Positions 1 to 14,251 of a stretch of DNA of 64,000 nt are shown here, piece by piece (positions within the stretch are counted from its first letter, which is position 1; every line of letters begins with the position of its first letter). The translations under genes and the position numbers were made by a program. The stretch lies in NCBI RefSeq assembly GCF_964355755.1, contig NC_092670.1, positions 39,730,388-39,794,387 on the forward strand, given 5' to 3'. Source of the stretch: Antedon mediterranea. Taxonomy: Eukaryota; Animalia; Echinodermata. A model generated the notes under the pieces. It had not been told where the DNA came from and did no database searches. It saw only the letters and a program-made list of their open reading frames with translations.

Positions 1-669
1 GATAAAATGTCTTCTGATAATACGTTTCATTTCAGCAGTCAGAAAATAATTAATAAATAATTGATTAAACTAGTCGTTATCAATTCTAATCTAGTAACTA
101 AAACAGGACACATTCTAATATAAATTTCTGTTCATATATTACTTTCTAAATAATTGCTTTATATATCATTAATATAACTACACAACTAATACTGTACATG
201 AAACAATGATGCCAAAACCCACATCTGTAATAAATTGTATACAAACTATGTATACTGTAGTCAAATAGATTAGATAGATGGAGTTGCATAGCGTCGTGCT
301 CATGTTTGCCTCAATTACAAATCCTGTAATTAGTGTTTGTTGTCCTCAATTGCGATGATAACAAGACGACACTCCTGCCACAGTCATAGTTAGAGCCATA
401 AAATCCCAAAGAAGATAATGTACTCATGCGATGTGGTTGTCATGTTGTATTCATGAATAATGAATAATTTTCAAATAAAAGAAATAAAAATCCTTTTCAT
501 GTCCATTTTAAAGGTTCAATAAAACAAAACTATATTTTGTATATTAAAAATTGTAGGTCAAAGTTAATCATGTTTAATGATTGTTCAACTCTTGTAGGTA
601 ACATATCCATAAGGATCCATGCTATGCTGTGCTATGTGTACAAGTGGTAACGCCAAGCTGGAGGCTGTG

Positions 670-3455
670 CTATGTGTACATATCATCAAATCCAGGAGGT
701 GGTAAATGGTCTGGATTTGGTGTTTGGTAGTTCATTATCGGTGCCACAGGATCAAATCTTGCTCCAGGAAGTCCTGATCCTCTGTGACAAAAACAATGAA
801 TATATATAATCAATGAATACAGGAGTACTAATCAGTATTTGTTAGTTTTTACACTATAAAGCTCTGTCTACACTATTAAACTAGTTTGACAAAAAAAAGT
901 GTTATGTGCCTAAATATGGTAGTGATATCCCCAAATATGGTAGTGGTATAACATCATCATGTCCATATATGGGCACATCATCATTATTTAAATATAATAA
1001 TCGAAAGATGGCACACATGATGATGAAATATATGATAGTTTCTTGTTTGTATTAGGTATGTCATACCTTGGCATCCTGTTTGGTAATGGTTGTATTCCCA
1101 ATCCACTCCTTGCTGGATCCATTAACATACCAGACGAATGACTTGAAAATGGATCCAAGTCAGATACCCCAACAGAGAACGGGTCTAGACGAGGTACCCC
1201 CATAGAATATGGGTCAGGTTGTCTGTGCGGTACACCTTGTCTACAAAAAAAAATAATATTTATATTTGTAAAGATCTGTCTACACTATCAAACTAGATTG
1301 ACAAAAAAAGTGTAATGTGCTTAAATATTATGGAGATATGCCCAAATATGGTAGTGTTATGACATCATCATGTCCATATATGGGCACATCATCATGTCCA
1401 TATATGGGCACATCACATTTTTTTTGTCACATAAAGTTTGATAGTGTAGATATAGCTTATGCTTCAATATACATCGGTAAGATTCCCACACACTGACTCA
1501 TGGTAGATTAGTTAGTATATACTCTATACAGAATCATATCACATGTGTAGTGTATCCTACCCGACAAAGTTATCATCAGTAAACATGTCTATGAAACAAA
1601 CTTTATCTGGGTGAATAACGAAAGCTCTGTCTTCACTCACTATTATTAACAAATGTGATATGCCCAAATAAGGTAGTTATATGATGTCCTCGTGTCTTTT
1701 TATGGGCACATCACATAAAGTTTGATAGTGTAAACAGAGCTTAAGTCTAAGCATGCCTATTGTTATGTGTCTACTTACCTATGAATATAATGTGAATCCT
1801 CTCTATTGTTTCTTGATTGTGAATCTTCCAGTAAACTGCTACTACAGTTTTCGCCTGATTTTTTCTTTTCTGTTTTAAACACTTGTGTCAGATTTTGTTC
1901 AAGTTCTTTTTGGAGCTTTGATAAGTTTTTGTATGTACTAAAAAAAATTATAAATCACTGGTTGGTATCAGCAAAAATAAATGTTTTTTCACCTAATTTA
2001 TTATCAACAAATTATGAAAGCATAATATTGCAAAATTATGTTATGTAGAAAGAAATATATAGTAAAAATTTGCGTATTTGGTAATAAATTTCAATAATGA
2101 TGAGTTATATATATACTGAGATACTGAATTCATGGTAAATAATATTGTAGAAAATTTATTAATTCAAACTTACCCTTCAAAACACCAATTGCTACTTTCA
2201 TTAACAAAATTACTTGTTTCAAAGGACCAACTGCAGACCTTATCATCCTTTAATCTCTGGAAACAAGACACAAAACATTTATGAATTACACATTTTTACC
2301 AATAAAATATTACTTTAAGATATATTGTCCCTTAAAACCTGAAAAATAAATATTAATAATATTAGACATGGATAGGCCATTTTGCAGTTTTAATAAAGTT
2401 ATTCACTTCTGTAGAAAAATCAACAAAGATATTTATTTCACTTAAGACAAACTTAAGAAGCAGTTAATTATAATTAGGTATTTTCTTGCTTTAAATTACA
2501 TTTTCAGGAAAATAATGTTGTTTTCGATCCAGTTTTTGGTCAAAGTGAATAATTTAATATTATGACATCATTAAAATGGCATAAAAACCAAAATATTTAA
2601 AAAAATATATTTTTTAGGGGAGAATATATATTTAAAAACTGATAAAAAATGTCCAGGCTTAAAAACAAAGTTATCTTGATTAAAAATAATAATTAAAAAT
2701 ATTAATACCTGGATGTTGACCAACAGAGTATCTTCAACTCGTAGTATTTTCAAGATGAAATCTTCAGTAGATTCTGACTGATACATTAATGTATACAAAT
2801 CATTGTCATTATTCCATCCGCCTGGTAGTAACTCACTCAGTTTTAGTGGAGTTTCATCTTCATTCTTAAAACATTTAGTCAACTGTGTAATTTAGTTTTT
2901 CTATTCTATTGCAATATTACATCAAAATTAAAATGCATTACTCCAAAATATAAATGAAATAGCGTACTAGTCTTATAAGGTAGGCCTAGGTGGTGAGCAT
3001 TATTTAGGCTAACCACAAATACTAATAGTAACTAGTGTATACCGTACGATTCTTTGGTCTAGGCTAATTCTTATACAAGTTAAATAATAATAATACTTAG
3101 AGGCTACTGTAGATAATATTATGCCATCTCTAAAACATGCAATTATGCAATACAAGATATTGGCTATGCCCTACTTAGTGGGGATTTCCCCGGGCGACCT
3201 TAACTAGCCTAGGCCTAGCCTAGCCTAACCTAGCATACATACTAGGCCGGCTAGGCCTGGGTGGGTAGGGGTTCGGACGGATCCGGGACTAGCCTCTAGG
3301 CTATTTAGATAAGAACAAAAACTTACATTTAATAAACCTTTACACTTGTATTGATTCTGTAATAAACACCAGTGTAAAAAACAAACTGACGCGTCGTATT
3401 TTGACCGAACATTTGACGCAGCAAACAAAACTTCCAGACCGATGAATTTCTCCAT
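670..3455 (-). CDS. PSMF1: Proteasome inhibitor PI31; 6 coding exons (3327-3455, 2709-2882, 2174-2256, 1779-1937, 1067-1240, 670-781)
   Basis: The exons join in frame across GT-AG introns. N-terminal FP-domain-like sequence (DASVCFLHWCLLQ, SELLPGGWN..LYTLMY) and the PI31 proline-rich tail motifs VGVSDLDPF, GMLMDP, PGARFDP and PNPDHLPPPGFDDMYT* with a C-terminal HbYX motif. Confidence 0.93.
858..1744. mobile_element. Three copies of a ~120-190 bp MITE family (about 858-985 partial, 1270-1459, 1621-1744); another copy at about 28269-28410
   Basis: Shared TIR AGCTCTGTCTACACTATCAAACT...AGTTTGATAGTGTAGACAGAGCT with internal GCCCAAATATGGTAGT repeats. TAA-like flanks suggest PIF/Harbinger, which is an inference. 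Confidence 0.75.
2316..2636. mobile_element. Degenerate copy of the TTAA-flanked AGATGTATTGTCCCC MITE family; other copies or fragments at 6549-7972, 14030-14110, 31215-31490 and 46770-47450
   Basis: Ends TTAAGATATATTGTCCC...GGGGAGAATATATATTTAA, and internal sequence shared with the other copies (ATAGGCCATTTTGCAGTTTTAAT, GACATTAAAATGGCAT). Confidence 0.65.
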
Positions 3456-3911
3456 CTTTTGTTTTCTTTTTTAAAAGGGAAGCGTGCCCTCATCGTCCAT
3501 AATTATGATTTTATATGTAAAAACAATATTATATTCTTTGATGTAAATGACTAAACTTTACCCGAGTGCGCTTCCCAGTCGTAGTGATTCAAAATGTACC
3601 AACAATTTATGTTTACTCATTGTTAATGTTAGGTTTTCACTAGAATGTTGCCATTGCTACCGTTTTTTAAAAAACAACAAACTATATTATTACAAAAATA
3701 TACAATTGGTGTATTATTCTGAAAATACACATTTTATTTTTGCACAACAATTTTCAAATTCTTATGGTATGTTTATATTGATATTTGTTTTCAGGCATTT
3801 TGTTAGGCTTAACAAATCAAAATTTAAAATTCCATAACCGCATGTAATTTTTTTTTTTAATTTAGCCCTACTGTACACTGTTGGTTTGGCAACAGTGGCG
3901 TATCCAGTGGA

Positions 3912-5620
3912 GGGGCCGGGGGCGATTTTTTTTTTCGTACATAAGTTGGGGACCCCCTCATGAAACGTCACAAAATAAACATGAATAATTCATCAGTTAA
4001 ATTTTCTTGTTCCGTGTGCACCCAAGCGTATAGCAACAAGAAGTGATTACACAAGTGCGCTACGATTCTAGGCCTATCTCCGCTGTTGTTGCGGCGTACG
4101 ATTTCATAATAGAATAGCGGCGTTTTGTGTGGATTGTCGAAATAATCAGCCTTTAGTTTATGGTGTTTTTAAAATAATTTATTACTAAAGAATTACTTGT
4201 TAAAATTATAGTTTCTATTAATACTATTAGGCCTAATTATTAGTCTCTAAACCCATGTCTATTCTAGTAGTAGCTGTGTGGGTGTGTGTGACGTGTGTGT
4301 GTTAGGTATGACCAAAGATAGTTACACTATCTTTGGTATGACACAATCCGAGTAATAAGTCAGCAAAATTAAACAATAAACATTACACAAAAATACATTT
4401 TTTATTCTCGTGGGTCAAATCTTCCCATCTCATGTGTTCATATATACGCGCATTTTTAAAGTTCCTTTGAGTACGTGTTATGCGCAATTTGAACGATTTG
4501 CGCAATTTGAAATTGCGCAAAAAAAATCCTTGCGCAATTTGAATTGAAACATGTGTTTCAAATTGCGCAAGCAACGTATTAAATTGCGCAAGTAATCTGC
4601 AAATTGCGCAAGGTTTTTCGACAGATTGTGAAATCATGCACACCCATATTTTTATAGTAATTTCTAAGAATGATTCAAAATTAAAGATAAATATCGCATT
4701 TCCTTATTTTAGTAGTGCAAATATTGTTATAAGTTAGCATACCGTCGAAGAACCGACGAAGGAAAACGAAGCGGTGGTATTCCACCAGGCGGGCGCGGCG
4801 CGGGCGGCCGGCTATACTACTCTAGCCTAGCTAGGGTCTGGACTACTGATACTGACTAGGTTACATGGCCTAGCTTAAACTAATATTAAAAACTTAAAAA
4901 GTGAGTATTAACATTATCTTCATTGAAATGGTCTTATTCTAAATTTTAAACTCCTCTGCCTAGGCCTAGCCTAGCCATGTATGGGAAAATTTACAGTTCG
5001 TTTTCAAATTGCGCAAAGGTGTCATATTGCGCAAGAACTATCTTGCGCAATTTACAAATTGTGCAGCGCAATTTAAAATTGCGCAAAGATTTTCTTGCGC
5101 AATTTGAAATTGCGCAAGTTGATTGCGCAATTTGAAATTGCGCAAAAAAATCCTTGCGCAATTTTAAATTGCGCAAGAATTCTTTGCGCAATTTCAAATT
5201 GCGCAAATCGTTCAAATCGCGCATAACACATGCATATTGTTTGATAATAAAATAGCAGAATTAAAAAAAATACAGTACACAATTATACACATTCTTTATT
5301 CTTGTGGGTCTAAGCTTTCTTTGGGCTATGTCCAATGAATTACTACTTAGTTTAATGTCTTGCCTAGCTGTCGATTAGCCTCGACTCGACACATTTTGTG
5401 TGAAGAAGAGTGCGCGAAGGCAATCACGTGAATTGACTTAGAATCCTAGGCCTACTGTAGAAAGTATCGTATCGCAGTTGTGTAATCACTTCTTGTTGCT
5501 ATACGCTTGGGTGCACACGGAACAACAAATTTAACTGATGAATTATTCATGTTTATTTTGTGACGTTTCATGAGGGGTCCCCAACTTATGTACGAAAAAA
5601 AAAATCGCGGGCCGGGGCCC
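3912..5620. mobile_element. Fold-back element with ~155-bp inverted arms (about 3912-4066 and 5467-5620)
   Basis: CGTACATAAGTTGGGGACCCC...GTGATTACACAA recurs as its reverse complement. A hAT-like CAGTGGCGTA lies at 3891; no TSD could be resolved. Confidence 0.65.
4475..5229. mobile_element. Nested MITE-like element with 47-bp TIRs and about 18 TTGCGCAA palindromes
   Basis: 4475-4521 is the reverse complement of 5183-5229 with 1 mismatch; subterminal arrays of TTGCGCAA(TTT/A)AAATTGCGCAA; GC-rich core. Confidence 0.7.
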
Positions 5621-6548
5621 GATTTGGTGTCCGTCGGCACATCATCGCGTCCGTCGTCGGCAAACAAAGGTGCCGGGGAAAAAAAATAAAGTTAGGCAAA
5701 TAACAATAAACTATTAATTATTCTGACAATAATTGAACTGTAAACAATTCTTTTGAGTGTTTGTTTATTTACATATCATATTATTCCATTTTTTATTTTC
5801 ATTACATCTAACCAAACACGTATAAAATGGTTAAAATATCTTTTCATCTAGCACGTACGGCCGTACGCGCTAGATTGTTTACTAAAAAGTCTGTGAACGG
5901 TCCGCCGCTGACCTTACCCTATTCAACCTTGTTTTTGCAGTTGAGCCTATCATGACCTGGGATTGGTATGTCTTCCTAGTAGTTGAGCTACTTCATCAGT
6001 GAGACTAAATCTCTTATTCGTCATGTTATTTTGCTTTTTCTTTTTAATTTTGCTTTGGATGCACCGTTAGGTATTGTCTAACGTGTGCCACTGTTACACA
6101 ATTGTGATTCCATTAAATTGTATTGTATTGTATTGTATCCTACGCTAAGATTATATAGTTCCACATGCCATGTGCTTTTTTCTCTACGATATATTTATTA
6201 TAAGTGCCAAAAACCCGTTTTTTTCTCGATATGAGGCCTTATTATTCAAATTTTTTAAAGAAAAAGCACACATACCATAACAAATATCCATGTACATTTC
6301 ATTTTTTGGAACAGAATATTCCGTGATATAACTACAAAGCCACCATTTTGTGAGATAATGTCATCGTAAGCCAATCAACGCTGAGCTTTCCCGTGATTGA
6401 CATTCTGGCTGATTTGATTTTATTGGTTGATGCGAATCACCGAATGTTTTCTCTCGCGCGTGTACAGTAGGCCTACCATGAACTCACATGGTCTCTCTGA
6501 TCGTTACTACAAAGAGTTAGAGCAATGAATTTATCCGAATTCAGTTAA

Positions 6549-7972
6549 AGATGTATTGTCCCCGAAAAATTAAATCAGACTTTGAATGGGTGTCACGAAA
6601 CCTAAGACCACGAAAGCTCAGACCCCCTAATAAGACCTAAGATCACGAAATCTAAGACCCAACACCTAAGATTACAAATACTAAGATATAGGCCTACTAC
6701 AGCTTAAAAACAATACTTGTTTATCCATACATAATTTTAAACTAAGTAGGTTTCATTTATTACCATAAATATAATTTAATACTACCGCAAAACATAGATA
6801 AACTCACATTATTTTCGCCCGTTGAGTAAATGTATATTTTTTCTTTACAACAAACAAACTTGACGGGTTGTTTGTTGGTATATATTTACTCCATTGTGTT
6901 GGTTCAGAGGATGTTTTTCTTACGCACCTGCCTTTCTTGTATTTTGACTCCAAATTTGTTGACTAACTTTATCCTGAACACCACACTTTAAAATTAGGAC
7001 TTATAAGTACTTTCAGAAGGAGAAACACATAATAACAAATAAATAAATCCTTTAAATTGATGATTTTACAGATGTGTTTCTTTGTATACTGTAATACTAA
7101 TGTAACTCATCGAGCTCCCCATGCTCAATGTTTTTGTTTCTATGGAGCGCCAAAAGAGCAACAATAATAGTACAAGTATAAAAACAGAAAGAAAACGAAA
7201 CAAAAAAACTTATCATGATTTTTAAATAAAAATTTATTTGCCAGTATTTATTTCTTCGTACTTGCATGATTATACTATTATCATTACAATTTTAATTTTA
7301 CATTGTTCCATCTACACTCTAGATGGACTCCACAGAGTTTTCAGCCCTCTATATAATTTTTGCTCTTTTGACGTTCCATAGAAACAAAAACATTGAACAT
7401 GGCCCATGGGGTAGGCCTACTGTACTGTAGGCTAGTCATTTTGTGTGCGAGAAAAACGTCTGTAAAATCATCAATTTAAAAATGTATTTGTTACTTTTTA
7501 TGTGATTCTTTTTCATGAAAGTGCCAATTCTAAGGTGTGGTATTCAGAATAAATGTTGGGAGTTAAAATACAAGGCAGGTGCGAAAGATAAATATTTGTA
7601 ATCTTAGGTGTTGGGTCTTAGCTTTCGTGATCTTAGGTCTTAGGGGGTCTGAGCTTTCGTGGTCTTAGGTTTCGTGACACCCGACTTTGAATAGGTTATT
7701 TTGTAGTTTTAAAGAAGTGATCACTCCCGTAGGAAAAAAAACGGAAAAAAATAATGTTTTCACTTATAAAATAACATGATAAATTCATCCAAAAATCCAT
7801 TGGCTGGCAGCTAATTTGACCATTTTTTGCTTTAAATTCCAGTTTTTTCAGGTAAATAAAAAATTTTCAATCGAATTTTTGATCGAATTCACTAACTATT
7901 ATGTGACATTAAAATGGCATATTCAACAACAAAAAATAAAAAAAAAATATTTTTCAGGGGGACAATACATCT
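6549..7972. mobile_element. TTAA-flanked MITE (Kolobok/T2-like), interrupted by a MULE-like element
   Basis: TTAA|AGATGTATTGTCCCC ... GGGGACAATACATCT|TTAA: a perfect 15-bp TIR with AG..CT ends. Confidence 0.8.
6588..7682. mobile_element. MULE-like fold-back non-autonomous DNA transposon
   Basis: TIR GGGTGTCACGAAACCTAAGACCACGAAAGC (about 90 bp), perfect 10-bp TSD GACTTTGAAT (6578-6587 and 7683-7692), and further internal inverted arms 6920-7160 / 7360-7585. Confidence 0.85.
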
Positions 7973-9527
7973 TTAAGTAAACAACTTTATATATTTTATA
8001 AGCATTTATTAACATGTTTTATTGATATTTGCAATGGTAATATATAAAATAAATTACTAAAAAACGTAATTATATGTAATTACTTTAACCAAAAATGGCG
8101 TAGTTAATAGAATTGTCGACTGGGCCGCAAATTGTTTTACTTCTTTCGTTGGCTAAAAACGATCATTTTCGGCGATGTTTTAGACCCTATATTTCGAAAA
8201 ACTACAAGTCAGATTTTCGTAATTTTTTCTTTATTGTAATATTAATACAACATACTAACAGATAATGTTTAATTTGGTTCTAATTTTGCATCGTTATCAA
8301 GACAACATGACTATAATGCAATCCTAGAACATATATTGATCAGGTGTATGTACAGGTAATGACACTAATTTTGTCGGCAAATTGGCAATTCCCGAATCCT
8401 GAATACGGCACTGGTTGGCAATTCAATTATAAAAACCTTGTAGCATTTTTGTTTGTTTTTCTAATTTTGTTGTGGATGTTTTTGGAAAATTACTTCCATT
8501 TATTGTCATTTGCATATAAATACATAGAAATTATGTTTGCTCTGATAAGCAGCCTAAATGAAAGACTAACAAACACAGTTAAAGTATCACATCACTCTCG
8601 TACGGTATACTGACAAGCATTCAGTGCATGATTGGCAGCTGGATAAAAGCTGTCATGAAACCTAATATTTGTCTACCGCTACATACCACTCCAAATACAT
8701 TATGCATGAAATGAATAGAATATTGCAATATAGAATGTGTTTTCTTAATTAATCATCGATTTTCAAAAACGGATTCAATAGAACTCTGATCATTTCCAAT
8801 CGTGGAGGTATCCAATGACACGTGATGCATACTTACAACACGTTGTAGATCTGACTTTACTTGTGGCCCCTGTGCACCACACAACAAACAACAGTACACC
8901 TTCAATGAAAGTTACATAATGAAAGCTTATTATGCCTACTCAAGTCAGTAAAAAAAAGATTATTATGGCTACTCAAGTCAGTAAAAAAAATTGACTTTGG
9001 TTTTCCCACGTCCTTGGGATCCATTTAGTCACCTATAATAAAAATATTCGGCAGATTACTGCTATCATGTAAATAGCACAGAAACAACAATAACATGGAC
9101 CGTAAATTGTAGGTCCATGGTAAAAATAAGGAATTGTGTGCCCAACAATATAGATAGACAATACAGGATTTGAATTCCATCCATTCATACACTAATTATT
9201 TGGTACGGTTGGTTGACCGCCTTCGTACATTAGTTTTATGAAGTCCCCACGCAAAATACAAGTTTGAATACGTTTTTCAATTACTACTCTGTAATATAAC
9301 AAACGTTGACAGAAATACTTTGTATCATTGTCAACTCAATGAATGTACAGTATATAACAAAAAAAGTTTGATATGATGCACTTTACTCCTACTACTTTTA
9401 GGCCTAGGTTTTAAAATGGCTGGAATATATTTTTAATTCTATGCCTAGATTATATATTAAGTGTGGTGAGAGCAAGTGGATGTGGCACTTTAACCACTTG
9501 TTGGACGCAACGTACTTGTGATTGCTA

Positions 9528-9684
9528 AAGCTTGGTTCTCACTAGAGACGTAACGCAACAACGTAACGTAAGTGATTTGACCAATCACAAGTGATGGATT
9601 ATTCAAACAGTGGCTTGTCATTGGTCAACTCGCTTGCGTTGCGCGTACATCCTTGCGTTGCGTCCCAGTGGGAGAACCAAGCTA
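9528..9684. mobile_element. Short MITE downstream of the PTCHD3-like gene; decayed homologues at about 15762-15890 and 22030-22085
   Basis: TIR AGCTTGGTTCTCACTAG.GACG.AACGCAA / TTGCGTTGCGTCCCAGTGGGAGAACCAAGCT. Confidence 0.6.
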
Positions 9685-9753
9685 TGGTGGGAATCAAGCC
9701 TTAGTGATGAGTGGTATTAAAATAGATTTTAAGTACTGTAATTATTTTTTAAT

Positions 9754-12739
9754 TTATACAAAAACTTTCGAAGTGGTAAAATGTATACTGGTTGAAGTAT
9801 CAATAAATGCTGGATTTACGGCTACTGGTGGTATATCAGGGCTTTTAGATAATTCAGATTCATTTAATTCAATTTTTTCAATGTTATGGCCGTTAATTTC
9901 ATCTACGATTCCGTATACATGTTCACAATTGTCATTCATTATTGCTTTTAAATTGCCATTCAATTTTGACTTATTAATTTTAGTTTCTGATTTACACTTC
10001 ATCATAGATTTAAACACTTCTATCGGTGAAAGAGATAAAACAACAGGTAGAAAAAACAGCCCATGAATTAAACCTATTGTTATAACTAGAAATAGTGTTT
10101 TGAAAAATGAAATAAAAATTCCAGTTGGGGAATTAACTAGCACGAGGATACCGAGTAAGGTAGAGATTGCAGCTTGCGAGATCGGCATACCGATTGTATA
10201 GTACGCGTCAATAAGCTTATCGTTACGAGATGGGAAAGGGGACACTGTGTATACGTACGACATATGAGCTGTAAAATCAACACTAAATCCTATACACAAA
10301 ATAATATTAATCATTGTGACGGTATCAAGACGAACCCCCCAAAATGTCATAAACCCTAATACTCCAAGCTCTATGGAGGCTATGGATACAACCACCCAGA
10401 TGGAGCAGATTGGTTTTGGAACAAACAAAATAGAAACAATCATCATAGCAATCAAGGCAATTACCAGATTGGTAAGAGTTGCCGGCAAAATAGTTTTGTA
10501 CTGGTCATATAATAAAAAAATTGTACTAAACGCAAAAGATTTAAACCCAAAATCTGCAACAATTTCTCTAAAATTCTTCATAAATTCCACATCTTCTGAA
10601 GTGTCAATTCCCACGTGATGTCTTATCGAACCAATTAAGAACCGCGAGTTTGTTATACGTGTTCTGTCTTCGTTAAATACTATGTCAAGTTCGAATTCTT
10701 TAAACTTACTTTGTACAAGAAATTGATTTTGAAGTATGTTGAGAAAAGTAGTGCGGTTAGAACTTGTCTGTTCAGTAACGGAAAGGTATTCGTTAAACGA
10801 TCGAATCCAGGAATCTGTAAAGTATTCGGAGTTTAACCCATATTTACTAGTTTCTAAATGTTTATGTAATTTCATGATGTTTTCGTTTACATCAGGTTTC
10901 CAATACTCAATTTCTTCTGTGAAAACTATTTGTATTAAGGGACCAAAAGTTTGAAAATAACTTTGTTCTATATCTTGAAATTGTTTCAGATAAGAATCTT
11001 TTAAAACAATATCGCGTAAATCTAACCCTTGTTTTAGTTGGCTGACACCCCACGTTGAAAAACCTATGTACATAGCATACACAAAAAGTGTAGCAATTTG
11101 CATCCAAGTTTTCCCCATTATTGGCCCAACGTGATCCCTAAAAAATTCCATAATAATGTGAGATGAATCTGAGCTTTCTACAGTTTTGGAAGGACCTCCA
11201 GCACAGAAAAGTCTGTAACGTGAAGAAGGAGCTTCATCAACGGGAACGACCCTTTTCCAAGTAATACAATGTTTATTACCAGCTTCTCTTCGTCCTGTTA
11301 TCACCATACACGAAAGAAAGAATGTTAAAACGTAGATGTACACAAATACAATTGAAACAGCATTGTAAACACAGAAATAGGCAACTCCTGGAAATACGCT
11401 GGTGCAACCAACAGCAAATGCAAGGAAGTCTGTAAGGGAGGTGATAGTGATGGACAATGCTGCTTCTGATAATGTTTCTGATAAACGATCTTCAACCGAT
11501 GAACGTACATTTGTTTTCCGCCAAGAAGCAACCAATATATACACGTCATCTATACCAATAGCTGAAATAATTTTAAAAAGGGATATCATTTAGATCTTGT
11601 TAACATAAAAATACCGATTAGTACAGTAATAATAATTTGCAACAATTATAGTTCTTCCCAATTGTTTTGAGCACAATCATAGAAACGGTTATTTTGTATC
11701 AAATGTCTACTAAATATAACTATATCATATTTAGGTAATTATTAATCTTACCCATAATAATGATTGGAGTCAAAGCACTTATAGGAGTAAATATCACGTC
11801 AAAATACAATAGAAGTCCATTTGCAGCAAGACCTGCAAGGACGGCAGACAGCACACCAAGTAATATTAAAATAGGCTTATTCACAACCCAGTCCATTGTT
11901 GCTGATGATATCAACGAAAATAGCACAATGAGTAGGCCGGCGACTGGTATCAATGGCAAAACACTGAAGGTGGCTGCCGTAAATTCGTCTGAAAGTGTCG
12001 ATGCCGTGTCACGTGCGATGTATATCAATTCTGAGTGAAATTCTTCCATGGCTTTTAGAAACTGTTTCTCCCAAAGTTCAGAGATGGTTTCAGACGTCTC
12101 CAGATGGTAAGACAACATTATATACTTTGTTGATTTCACAATTGGAGTTTCACCGACAAGTTCCACACCTCCTAAGTTGTGTCCGATTTCAAATATTTCT
12201 CCAGTCTGTAGGACAGTAAGTGGGTAGCTGATGGCAATTAGCGGTACTCTCGTGGCATCGTAATTGTAAATCTCTAGTATCGCATTGTTTTCACAGTTAC
12301 CCATCCACGCGAGGCAAATATTACTAAATGTGTATTCTGAACCAGCATTCGTGATCGAGATGTTCATAATGATTTCATGGACTCGAATCACTTCTATGAA
12401 CTCTTCAGTTTGTAAGATATTCTGTTTTTGAGCACCGCCGATTATAACTCGACCGTATGAAATGGACGCAGACTGGCGGCTAACTGTCATTCCATTTTCA
12501 TGTTTATCATTGTAGACATCATCAATATAATCCCTATTTTCAATAGATTCAGCGTCAGTTGGTGTAAATAAATACTCGACGTCGTTGAACAATTCAATTC
12601 GTAAACAACCAGTTCCAAGACTTAGACTGATAACGATCGGTAAAAGAAGAAACGGCAGGGGATGTTGATAGACTACTCTGGCGTAACGTCCATACGTGTT
12701 ACTCAAAGGCCGAGTAATGCAATCAAAATGAACACCCAT
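9754..12739 (-). CDS. Patched domain-containing protein 3-like, copy A (about 931 aa; exons 11752-12739 and 9754-11561)
   Basis: Two long ORFs joined by a phase-1 GT-AG intron. RND/sterol-sensing architecture: AIGIDD in TM4, SITITSLTDFLAFAVG, GFSVDFTAH in TM10, HGLFFLPV. Confidence 0.9.
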
Positions 12740-14251
12740 CTTGCTGAAATTAAATTAAAAAAAAATATTAGTAAAGGTATTCAAGTGGCCACTAGAAATA
12801 ATTAAGTTTGTTGCTCAATGTGGTCCATTCTGTAAGATAAAACGGACTCATGGTATCAAGCAGTTTTTAACTTAAGACTTAATTTAACTTATTGACTTAA
12901 AATATAAAATCCAACCACTGGTACCGTATTCCATTCGAAATAAGGATATTGTTAGTACACCAGGAAAGAGTGAACATTGTATTTTTACTCTTTATTAGTA
13001 AAGATGTTATAAATCAAGAGTAATTAATGAAGTGAAATGGACATGTAATGATGTCTAAGGTTTAATTAAGTTTGTTATTAGTAATTCAAAAAGTCGGAAG
13101 TAAATTAAATGAATGGTACGTCTAATATTTAATATAGGATAGCCAGAAAATGGTACCATGCTTATAGATCGTCGAGATACAGTTGCGTTTGGCTGAAGAC
13201 AAAAATTTATTTTTGGGGAAGGGAACATGCATCAATCAATCAATCAACCAATCAATCAAAAAAACATTTATTTCATTCATTCAAAATGGATACATTATAA
13301 ATTTTGATGAGATTTTCTTTTTCAGGGAGAAAGAAAAAACAATCTCAAGTAACATGAACACGAAATAATACAACATGTTACTCACCACCTTTCCACTATG
13401 GTACTAAACCTACGCAATTCAACTTATCCCATAGTACAGTTTAACTTATTACTTACCACCTTTCCACTATGGTACTATACCTACGCAATTCAACTTAATA
13501 CGTGTAGGCTTTAGCAATGCGACAAAAATATTCATGCATCCCTTCCTAGTACAGTTTCAAAGGACGGACTCCAATTACAATATTGTCGTCAGCAGGTTAT
13601 GCATGGATGGGTAATACAATGTATTGTTTGTCAATATTGTCTGAAATGCTTGCGTGGTTATAACTTTTCCTCCATGGTTATAATTATTACAGAGAGATAG
13701 TCTGTCTTTACACACTGACTGCATGATTTCTATTACCTTTGTAATCTATGTTTAAGAACATTAATTGTTGTGGATCGCGGATTTTTTCTTTTATCATTGA
13801 TACAAAAACATAAGCTTGTTATGAATAGTACACGCTTTGTTGAGCTGTAATTCGCGGCGCTAGGTCTACTGGGCCAAACTTGAGGCTCATTTTTTCCCTG
13901 ATATAAGCAAGAAACTCGGAAAAACCACGATGCATAATTGGTATGAAATGATATATATGGACTTTATGGATAATTAAGATTTACAGTACTATAAACAGTT
14001 AGGTCTGTTGTGTAAAAGTATAGCCTATAAAAGATAAGATTATGTGACATTAAAATCGCATATTCAAAACAAAAATCTTTATTTTTTTCATGGGGATAAT
14101 GTATCTTTGAATATGGTAAATTATGGCTATGTAGGATAAATTTAAAATAATAACACTATTGCATACATGCTAGGCTAAAGGATAGACTGCTGAAACGAGG
14201 ATAATTATGAGATAATACTCGCGCATGATAAAGTTTTTAGCTGTGGTACAA

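Noticed and set aside
4383-5282. ORFs rich in LRNFKLRK/AQF
   Set aside because: Translations of the TTGCGCAA repeats.
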